Origin: a virus | Length of the DNA: 64,000 bases | Reading direction: 5' to 3' (one strand) | Virus record (IMG/VR): IMGVR_UViG_3300027759_000075 | Coordinates: 10,333 to 74,332 of that record | Shown: one piece after another, positions 56,807-64,000 of the stretch | Position numbering within the stretch: position 1 is the stretch's first letter | How the letters are laid out: every line of letters starts with the position of its first letter | The notes under the pieces: generated by a model | What the model saw: the letters and a program-made list of their open reading frames with translations, nothing else | Told to the model about the DNA's origin: nothing | The model's database searches: none | Program-made: the position numbers and the translations under genes

Positions 56807-57535
56807 TCATCGCCAGTGAGCAACCACGGTTTGATCCATAATTTGATCAGGTTTAGGATTGCCGTGAAATACCATAATGCTGGTGCTGTCCGAGACGTGT
56901 GTACCAGTGCCTGGCGTTTGATGACGTCGTTTACGGAAATTGTAGCCGCCGTCGAGGCATTGCCAGCGCCAACTTTGCACACGATTTGTATCAAAAAATC
57001 TACGTTGATTTTCAGGAATTTCGGCTGAAATGTAATCTTGGTCGCCTGGGTATTTTCGCATAGTTGTGGCTAGGTCCTGGTGAACAAATGTAGTCCATAT
57101 GTTTTGATAATGCTGAGTGTCCCACCACATAACACTGGAGTTTATACCTGTATGATTAGGGCGCCATAGATACTTAAAATCACGTATGGCCCAAAAATAC
57201 GTAGTGGGTTGTTGCCAAATCCAATCGATGTTGCTTACTATTACAGTATCCAAATCAAAGTACAACAACGGCCCGGCATGATGCACGGGATTAAAAAGTT
57301 GCATTTTATACCACCAAGATTTTTTTGGACTAGCAATAGACCACGGTTCAAGTATATGTTTGATCATGTGCTTAGGTACCGGTCTGTCGGCTTCGGTGTA
57401 GACGTGTAATCTAATGCCTGGAATGATGTTCCGGCTCAGCATGTTGTACAATCGTTCTACGTAGTTCCACGAGTATGCTGTGCCGTGTATAACACAGGCA
57501 CAGTTTATAGGGCCTTGCATAATCTCTTGAGCCAT
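56807..57535 (-). CDS. GT-A fold glycosyltransferase (GT8-like)
   Basis: WWYKMQLF, LYFDLDTVI (DxD), NSSVM, GDQDYI, FHGNPKP. Confidence 0.75.
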   Translation of the reverse strand: MAQEIMQGPINCACVIHGTAYSWNYVERLYNMLSRNIIPGIRLHVYTEADRPVPKHMIKHILEPWSIASPKKSWWYKMQLFNPVHHAGPLLYFDLDTVIVSNIDWIWQQPTTYFWAIRDFKYLWRPNHTGINSSVMWWDTQHYQNIWTTFVHQDLATTMRKYPGDQDYISAEIPENQRRFFDTNRVQSWRWQCLDGGYNFRKRRHQTPGTGTHVSDSTSIMVFHGNPKPDQIMDQTVVAHWR

Positions 57536-58341
57536 AGGCCTTGGGTAATTTCTTCTAGGGTGTATTCTGTGTGGCAGATCTCTACTAACCATTGATCTCT
57601 ATCGCAATCATATGGCTTTTCTATATCTGTTATTTGTACACCAACTGGGTGCGCTAAACTACTTGAATCAACTATGGGCCTGGTGCCGGCCAACGCGGCC
57701 TGTATTCCAGGACCTGAATTGTAGTTAACCAAAGCATGACAATCAAATGCTAAATTATAACTGTCATAGGTGCTTTTTATTTTTTTAGGTTGTTCTATAG
57801 TTACACTGTGAAATCGTGTATGATCCAATGGGCTTCTAGGATGTGGGCGAATCACAATTGGTCTATCTGTTACAGCTCGAATGTTATCCACTTGGGTTGA
57901 AATCCAATCTTCCATACTAACTAGTCCTGCAACTTGTTGACTTTTTTTATGTTGTGCAGCAATTACAATTTGCGGATTGCGACTGAGATTCAACGCTAGA
58001 CTTATACCTAACTTTTTGGGACGGTCCATATCCAAGTTTTCAGTGTGCCCATAGTAACCCAACCGGTTGATATGATTAACAGCAATTTTCCAAGTTTTGC
58101 CACGATACAGTGCGCCCACATCTACTATAATAACTGACTTATTTTGTGCTCGATAATGTTTGTAAACTTGCTTGTTTGCGGTCATTCGGCCTGACCATAG
58201 CACTGACCATATTATAGCCGCATCGCAATCTTGCCCGTTTTCAACAGGTATATGCCCACTAGATCGCAGGCCATCCAGCATGGCCTGCACGACAGGAACA
58301 CTGTTTAAAGCACATTGATTTGGAAAGTAGGCCACACGCAT
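57505..58341 (-). CDS. Capsule-biosynthesis-like (GT-B) glycosyltransferase-like protein
   Basis: IVIRPHPR and VNYNSGPGIQAALAG motifs. Confidence 0.6.
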   Translation of the reverse strand: MRVAYFPNQCALNSVPVVQAMLDGLRSSGHIPVENGQDCDAAIIWSVLWSGRMTANKQVYKHYRAQNKSVIIVDVGALYRGKTWKIAVNHINRLGYYGHTENLDMDRPKKLGISLALNLSRNPQIVIAAQHKKSQQVAGLVSMEDWISTQVDNIRAVTDRPIVIRPHPRSPLDHTRFHSVTIEQPKKIKSTYDSYNLAFDCHALVNYNSGPGIQAALAGTRPIVDSSSLAHPVGVQITDIEKPYDCDRDQWLVEICHTEYTLEEITQGLWLKRLCKAL

Positions 58342-58344
58342 AAG

Positions 58345-58360
58345 GTTAAATATATTTAAC
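58345..58360. promoter_or_regulatory. Palindromic bidirectional late promoter
   Basis: Perfect 16-bp palindrome GTTAAATATATTTAAC giving TAAATA on both strands within a 20-bp divergent gap. Confidence 0.7.
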
Positions 58361-58361
58361 T

Positions 58362-59159
58362 ATGATGCTACCACCACTACACGGAAACCTAGACCAGAAT
58401 CAATTTTTTATATATGCAGCCGCCGATGCTGTTTATTTTGATAGATTTGGGCCTGCATTGGCCAACAGCGTGGTTAGAAACACTGATCACGGAGTGCATT
58501 TTCATTTATATGATCCTACGCCAGCTCAATTAGAATATTGTAAAAATACCGATCGAATTAGTGTAACTTGGGAAACTACTGCACCAGGGCAATTTGACTC
58601 AGCCTTTGCGTTTTGGGGTGGGACTGATTTACCGGAGCCATACCACAGTAGAAAAAACAAAATGTTAGGCCTAAAACAATTCACAGATAATGCCAATTTG
58701 TCAGCCTGGATCAAAAAAACCTATTATGCTTGTATGAGATTTGTGCGCTTGCCCGAAATAGTTACTACCCCTAGGCGATTTTTAGAGATTGATATAGATG
58801 GACTAGTGCGTGGTACATTTGAAACCCAATTTGCAGACGATGGTGAAAAGGATTTTTATCTATATCAAAAAGAAAAAGGTGGACATTTGGCTGGTGCTAT
58901 CTTGTACACTGACAAACCAGAGTGTTTGCAGTTTGCACAAAAATTAGCGGCAGTCATAAAAGAACAAATTGAGCAAGATAACATTTATTGGTTCCTAGAT
59001 CAACACAGCCTAGATCGTGTCATAGTTGATTATAAAAAAGGATTATTGCCCATATCATATGTAGATTGGCGTATGCAACCCACCAGCAGTATATGGAGTG
59101 CTAAAGGCAAACGCAAAGATCTAGAAATATTTAAAAAAGAACTAAGAAAATATCAATGA
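58362..59159 (+). CDS. GT-A fold glycosyltransferase-like protein
   Basis: AAD..YF, RF, EIDIDGLVR (DxD), WFLDQ, KGKRK. Confidence 0.6.
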   Translation: MMLPPLHGNLDQNQFFIYAAADAVYFDRFGPALANSVVRNTDHGVHFHLYDPTPAQLEYCKNTDRISVTWETTAPGQFDSAFAFWGGTDLPEPYHSRKNKMLGLKQFTDNANLSAWIKKTYYACMRFVRLPEIVTTPRRFLEIDIDGLVRGTFETQFADDGEKDFYLYQKEKGGHLAGAILYTDKPECLQFAQKLAAVIKEQIEQDNIYWFLDQHSLDRVIVDYKKGLLPISYVDWRMQPTSSIWSAKGKRKDLEIFKKELRKYQ

Positions 59160-59860
59160 AAACCATATTAATAACCGGCCATGAAGGATTCATAGGCCGG
59201 AACACAGTAAAATTATTAAAACACAAATATGAATTTGTATTATATCCAGGAGATATACGAGAATTTGCATTTGATGGACATTGCGATCTTGTACTACATC
59301 TAGCAGCTTTGGCAGGTGTACGGGCCAGTTGGCAAGATCCTGAGGCATACTGGGCCACTAATGTAATGGCCAGTCAACTTATTTTTAACTGGGCAACTGA
59401 AAATAATAAAAAAGTGTTTTATGCTAGTTCATCATCAATTTACGAATGGTGGCTAAATCCCTACGCTACCACTAAAAAATCCATGGAACAATTATCACCA
59501 ACAAACAGTACAGGCATGAGATTCCACACCGTGTGGGGTAGTGATAGTCGACCTGACATGTTTTATGACATGATGCTCAAAGGAAAAATACAATATCTAA
59601 CCACCCATGAAAGAGATTGGACCCACGTAGAAGATGTAGTTAGTGCTATCGATCTGTTAATTAATTTAGATCAAACTCCGCGATATCTTGATATAGGCAC
59701 AGGAACTGTTACACGAGTTGATCAATTTGCGCAAAGTCGAGGTTTTGGTCATTTACCTATCAAAGAAACCACAGGAGAAAGATTACATACCCAGGCCGAC
59801 ATTGGCTTTTTACAATCTCATGGGTGGATGCCTACTAAAAATATCATGCGCGATGGCTAA
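59156..59860 (+). CDS. NAD-dependent nucleotide-sugar epimerase/dehydratase
   Basis: ITGHEGFIG, HLAALAGV, ASSSSIY, YATTK, RDWTHVED. Confidence 0.9.
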   Translation: MKTILITGHEGFIGRNTVKLLKHKYEFVLYPGDIREFAFDGHCDLVLHLAALAGVRASWQDPEAYWATNVMASQLIFNWATENNKKVFYASSSSIYEWWLNPYATTKKSMEQLSPTNSTGMRFHTVWGSDSRPDMFYDMMLKGKIQYLTTHERDWTHVEDVVSAIDLLINLDQTPRYLDIGTGTVTRVDQFAQSRGFGHLPIKETTGERLHTQADIGFLQSHGWMPTKNIMRDG

Positions 59861-60635
59861 AAATTTAATTTATCAAGTAGCTGTAGGTAAACCTAATCCC
59901 TTATACGAAATCTGCATTGCCAGCGTGGCCTCTTATTGTCAACGTTGGGGTATTGAGCATCGCGTACAACATGAGCCTATTCTTCGTATACGACCATTGC
60001 ATAGTTTTCGCAGTGAAGGTGCAGTAGAACGACTGGGCTATCTGCCTATATTTGAAAAAGAAAATGCGTTTGATTTTTTGGATCAATATGATGCTGTGTG
60101 TATTGTTGATAGCGATATCTACATCATGCCCACGGCGCCCGATATATTTGATCAACTAGGAGATGCGGTGTTTGGCGCTGTAGCCGAGCGTGACATGCCA
60201 TTGACTGAACAACACAAGAAAAAGATTCGTAAATATAGTGAAGGACAATATGGTCCACTAAGATCAGAAGCAGATTTTCGTTGGAATAATCTTGGTGCTG
60301 AATTTTACAATATGGGTCTGATGTTGTGCAAGAATCAGTTACAATCATATTTAAACGCACAAAATTCAGAACAATTTATACGCAGACCAGAGTTTGAAAG
60401 ATTTGTAAATGGCGAAGGAAATTGGCGGTGGAGCACTGACCAAACTCTGCTAAACTATTGGATTAAACATGATAATGTGCCTACTAAAAATTTAGATTGG
60501 CGTTGGAATGCCTTGTACCGTGGCATAGAAGATCAATATTTGTCAGACGCTTACTTTGTACATTTCTTTCTAGCGACACACATTCCTGCAGACAAAAGTA
60601 TCAATCAAATCATTACAGAAATCCACAATTTATGA
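59853..60635 (+). CDS. GT-A glycosyltransferase (GT8/GT34-like)
   Basis: IVDSDI (DxD), YNMGLM, TDQTLLN, WNAL, FVHFF. Confidence 0.75.
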   Translation: MAKNLIYQVAVGKPNPLYEICIASVASYCQRWGIEHRVQHEPILRIRPLHSFRSEGAVERLGYLPIFEKENAFDFLDQYDAVCIVDSDIYIMPTAPDIFDQLGDAVFGAVAERDMPLTEQHKKKIRKYSEGQYGPLRSEADFRWNNLGAEFYNMGLMLCKNQLQSYLNAQNSEQFIRRPEFERFVNGEGNWRWSTDQTLLNYWIKHDNVPTKNLDWRWNALYRGIEDQYLSDAYFVHFFLATHIPADKSINQIITEIHNL

Positions 60636-61324
60636 AAGCTCGTGTTATTACCATCATCGGCCACGAGTATTCAGAACATATGGCACAACGTTGTATCAGC
60701 AGTGCTGCAACTCATGGTCTCGAGGTAGAACTTTTTCCTGCTGTTACAGCAAAAAATGTGCAGGAAATAATGCAACAGGAAAATCTACGCTGGTCGTGGG
60801 CCGATAATAATACCAAAGAAACTGTGTGTGTCTACACCAGTCTGCAACAATTTCCATATCGTGCTAAAAATGTGCTGACTAAAATGGCTTGTAGCATGAG
60901 TCACTATTTACTGTGGAAAGAGTGTGCAATCGGCAATGACCCTATGTTGATTCTTGAACATGATGCTGTGTTTGTGCGACCACTACCCAGTATTGAATTC
61001 AACGGTGCGATACAAATCAATGATCCTTGCGGTGGTGGATATCGTGGAAAAGAGCACAGTAATATTATGACCCAGCGAGGTACCGAAGGTGTACACCCGC
61101 TCACACGTAAACGTGAACACGACAGTCGAATCCCCGACGGCTTTTCGGGTAATAGTGCTTACATAGTCAAGCCCTGGGCCGCTGAAAAATTTATTAGGGC
61201 TTACAAGAAATATGGAGTATGGCCCAATGATGCCACTATATGCCTACAACTGTTTCCGTGGTTAGAAGAATATTATCCTTTCATCACAATAGTTAAGCAA
61301 AGTCAGAGCACTAGCACTGCATAA
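60632..61324 (+). CDS. GT25-family glycosyltransferase
   Basis: ACSMSHYLLWKEC, LILEHDA, AYIVKP.AA. Confidence 0.8.
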   Translation: MKARVITIIGHEYSEHMAQRCISSAATHGLEVELFPAVTAKNVQEIMQQENLRWSWADNNTKETVCVYTSLQQFPYRAKNVLTKMACSMSHYLLWKECAIGNDPMLILEHDAVFVRPLPSIEFNGAIQINDPCGGGYRGKEHSNIMTQRGTEGVHPLTRKREHDSRIPDGFSGNSAYIVKPWAAEKFIRAYKKYGVWPNDATICLQLFPWLEEYYPFITIVKQSQSTSTA

Positions 61325-61339
61325 ATATAGGCTAATATT

Positions 61340-61921
61340 ATGAAAATATATCAATACCAGACACACGACGAGTATGTAGCGGCTCAAATCGAAGCTAATG
61401 TAAGAAAAATTAATAATATTTGGGTCGATCGAGCAACTATTAAACAAATAAATCAGCGTCAGCCTACTGCAAAAAATATACTGTGCCACGGCACTAGAAA
61501 TGCTGCTGAACAAAAATTCTTTAAAGAATTTTATCCCAACGCTACAATTATTGGTACAGAAATATCTCATACTGCCACCAAGTTTCCAATGACTGTACAA
61601 TGGGATTTTCATAATGAAAATCGTGAATGGGTTGGGCTGTTTGACATTGTATATTCCAACGCAATTGATCATAGCTACAATCCAACACAAGTGTTAACAA
61701 CTTGGCGAAATCAACTTGATGTCAATGGAATATTGTATATTGAACATGCTTATACTGAAATTGACAATTATAGCAGGGCCAGTGATCCGTTAGAAATACA
61801 CGATGAGGAAATTAGATATCTAGTTGATGCATTAGATATGACGATTGATGACACTTTTGAGACCACTGGTATCAAAGGTCGGTGCCCTAGTAGAGTGTAC
61901 ATTATAAAGAAAAAGGATTAA
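61340..61921 (+). CDS. Class I SAM-dependent methyltransferase-like protein
   Basis: ILCHGTRNAAE, GTEIS, DFH, FDIVYSNAIDHS. Confidence 0.7.
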   Translation: MKIYQYQTHDEYVAAQIEANVRKINNIWVDRATIKQINQRQPTAKNILCHGTRNAAEQKFFKEFYPNATIIGTEISHTATKFPMTVQWDFHNENREWVGLFDIVYSNAIDHSYNPTQVLTTWRNQLDVNGILYIEHAYTEIDNYSRASDPLEIHDEEIRYLVDALDMTIDDTFETTGIKGRCPSRVYIIKKKD

Positions 61922-61922
61922 A

Positions 61923-62444
61923 ATGTTACCAACAAAAGTTAACAAAAAAGTAATAAGAGAATTAAGAGAAGTTGCTGCATCTACGCCACCTGGTGCTTTT
62001 GTAGAGATAGGTGTGTATCAAGGAGGCACCGCTTGGCATTTTTGCGAGATTGCTCAACAACAAAATAGAGAAGTGTTCTTGTACGACACTTTTGAAGGTA
62101 TTCCTTTTCAAGATGAGATTGACCATCATAAAGTTGGAGATTTTAGTGATACTGATTATGAAACGGTCAAATCTGCGTTGCCATATGCTACTGTAGTCAA
62201 AGGAATATTTCCAAACAGTGCTGTTACTATGCAAAATATTGCTTTTGCACATATTGACTGCGACCAATATCGTGCAATTAAAGATAGTGTAGCTTATTTG
62301 TTGCCGCTTATGGTACCAGGTGGTATTATTTGGTTTGATGATGTAGTACCTTGGATTCCAGGAACTATGATAGCCATTAAAGAAATGTTTGGTGATGACT
62401 ACATCCAAAGCAGAACAAGAAAAGTCTATGTTATAAAGAAATAA
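61923..62444 (+). CDS. TylF/MycF-family sugar O-methyltransferase
   Basis: VEIGVYQGG, YDTFEG.P, KGIFP, AHIDCDQY, PGGIIWFDD. Confidence 0.85.
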   Translation: MLPTKVNKKVIRELREVAASTPPGAFVEIGVYQGGTAWHFCEIAQQQNREVFLYDTFEGIPFQDEIDHHKVGDFSDTDYETVKSALPYATVVKGIFPNSAVTMQNIAFAHIDCDQYRAIKDSVAYLLPLMVPGGIIWFDDVVPWIPGTMIAIKEMFGDDYIQSRTRKVYVIKK

Positions 62445-62445
62445 T

Positions 62446-63000
62446 ATGTTAATTCCAAATTTTAATCAATGTAATAGTTTACTCGAGTTTTATAATTACG
62501 CCTGCGAGTGTTTTGTTAAAGAATACGGGCCAGAATTTATCTTGTATTACCAGCATATACAACGTCTAATAACTGAATGCGACAGTTATAAAGAGCTTGG
62601 AGTGTTGTCGGGTGTGAGTGCTGCAGCCGCTTGGGTAGGAAATACAAATTTAAAATATATTGAATTAGTTGACGTTAACTTTGATACTATAGCTCCTCAT
62701 CGTCATTTGTTTGAACAAGAATGTGAGGACCGTTTAGTGTTCAATCATAACAGTAGTATTGATGCCAATGTTCCGGTGTCAACAGTAGACATGCTTATGG
62801 TTGATAGTATACACACCTATAAGCATGTCTGTGCTGAAATTAAACTGCATGCACCAAAAGTAAACAAATATATTGTATTTCATGATGCCCGATATCCTCC
62901 TATTAAAAAAGCAATTGATGAATTTGTAGCTAGAGGCGATTGGGAATATGTAGTGTATGATGATCGTAGTTTTGGTTACGCTATTATTAAAAGAAAATAA
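62446..63000 (+). CDS. Methyltransferase (Methyltransf_24-like)
   Basis: ELGV..GVS, DMLMVDSIHTY, IVFHD. Confidence 0.75.
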   Translation: MLIPNFNQCNSLLEFYNYACECFVKEYGPEFILYYQHIQRLITECDSYKELGVLSGVSAAAAWVGNTNLKYIELVDVNFDTIAPHRHLFEQECEDRLVFNHNSSIDANVPVSTVDMLMVDSIHTYKHVCAEIKLHAPKVNKYIVFHDARYPPIKKAIDEFVARGDWEYVVYDDRSFGYAIIKRK

Positions 63001-63003
63001 TTA

Positions 63004-63777
63004 ATGAAAAATGTTGTTATGCGTTTCTGGAGTACAAGAATTCCAGATCTTCAATATAGTTGCCCTGGATTTGGAGACATAGTTCATAGTTGTCTTTTGA
63101 CTTACCTTTACGGGCAGGCGCACGGTGAGGCCGCAACCTTACATATTGCAAGTCATCAGTATAATCGAGACAAACCTACTACCTGGAACGAAGTAATTAA
63201 ATTATTTCCAAAAGACACTGTATTTTTAAAACCTTATAAAACTTCTACAATGACTGATCAAGCGTTCCTTGATCTTGTGTTGGCCGATCATCCCAATGCT
63301 GAATTACATTACTATCAAAAATATCCGGGCAAACTACAAAAACCGTTACATCCATTTTTTTGGGTCGACGATTACTTGATTGCTGAAAATTTTCCTTGTC
63401 TTGATTCAGACGATGTAAGTAATTCTATTTGTTTACCTGAAAGTTTTGCTACTATGCAAATAGATGCAACAAGTATTCAACGGCGTCCTACACAAGAGCA
63501 AGTGGATCAACTGTATAAAAAATTTGCCGATCTAGGATGTGAAATAGTCGTTGTAGGGGGCGACGCTGTTGATCCGGCTTTACGTAGAGCAACCGGCGCT
63601 GGATATGCAATGAGTCGGGCCAAATATCACATTGGAGTTGACAGCGGATATTTACATCTAGCTCAACTTTACTTTCAGCCCAAAAATATCTATCTTTATA
63701 CCAATCGCAACGAAAATGCGTGGGAACACCATCTTAAGATGGCTCGAGACAATGGATGCCGTATCAATGAGTATTGA
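63004..63777 (+). CDS. GT9/heptosyltransferase-like protein
   Basis: GFGDIV and HIGVDSGYLHLA motifs. Confidence 0.65.
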   Translation: MKNVVMRFWSTRIPDLQYSCPGFGDIVHSCLLTYLYGQAHGEAATLHIASHQYNRDKPTTWNEVIKLFPKDTVFLKPYKTSTMTDQAFLDLVLADHPNAELHYYQKYPGKLQKPLHPFFWVDDYLIAENFPCLDSDDVSNSICLPESFATMQIDATSIQRRPTQEQVDQLYKKFADLGCEIVVVGGDAVDPALRRATGAGYAMSRAKYHIGVDSGYLHLAQLYFQPKNIYLYTNRNENAWEHHLKMARDNGCRINEY

Positions 63778-64000
63778 AACAATCTCTCACAACAATCAAC
63801 TGTATCCCTTACTTCAAAGTCAAGGTTTTGCGGCACAATATGCTTGGCCATTCGCTAAAAAAATATGCGCAGGACATGGACTCGATATCGGTTGCAACAG
63901 ACCCGAGTGGGCTTTTCCCGGGGCTCAAATGATTGATTTGAATTTTGATGACAACTACGATGCTTATAATCTTCCGCTTGATGAATTTGATTATATTTTT
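63767..64000 (+). CDS. SAM-dependent methyltransferase (partial, runs off the window)
   Basis: MSIETISHNN...GLDIGCN...FDYIF; open to the end of the window. Confidence 0.65.
   Translation, partial: MSIETISHNNQLYPLLQSQGFAAQYAWPFAKKICAGHGLDIGCNRPEWAFPGAQMIDLNFDDNYDAYNLPLDEFDYIF

Overview
This is 64 kb of a large, AT-rich, densely coded dsDNA phage genome with a T4-like (myovirus, probably jumbo) gene repertoire, read in the standard code and mostly on the - strand. Core phage genes include a gp41-like helicase, gp61-like primase, UvsW, a gp62-like clamp-loader subunit, ATP-dependent ligase, NrdA/NrdB with glutaredoxin, a PD-(D/E)XK exonuclease, a PAAR spike, a tailspike-like protein and probable internal head proteins. 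Host-like auxiliary genes are unusually numerous: GroES/GroEL, Hsp20, ClpS, ClpX, ribosomal protein bS21, YccA, IscU/IscA, UvsE, a fatty-acid desaturase, an amidinotransferase, a radical SAM enzyme and a glycosyl-/methyltransferase island. These suggest a proteobacterial, possibly betaproteobacterial, host (inference). There are four free-standing homing endonucleases. Both sigma70-type promoters and a TAAATA late-promoter motif are readable. The most interesting candidates are: (1) a possible PHA-granule/lipid module at 1.3-4.35 kb, with a phasin-like protein, desaturase, GNAT, four unannotated micro-proteins, a histone-like Lys/Pro/Ala peptide and TGC-Nn-GCA boxes; (2) a probably virion-packaged protein fusing a Pol-beta-type nucleotidyltransferase to a KxDG ligase-like domain; (3) a 192-aa minimal DnaE that keeps all three catalytic Asp; (4) duplicated, covarying ROSE-like thermometer leaders, one in front of an apparent deletion scar; and (5) many apparently leaderless genes alongside a phage bS21. 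All family calls come from motif reading only; no database search was run.
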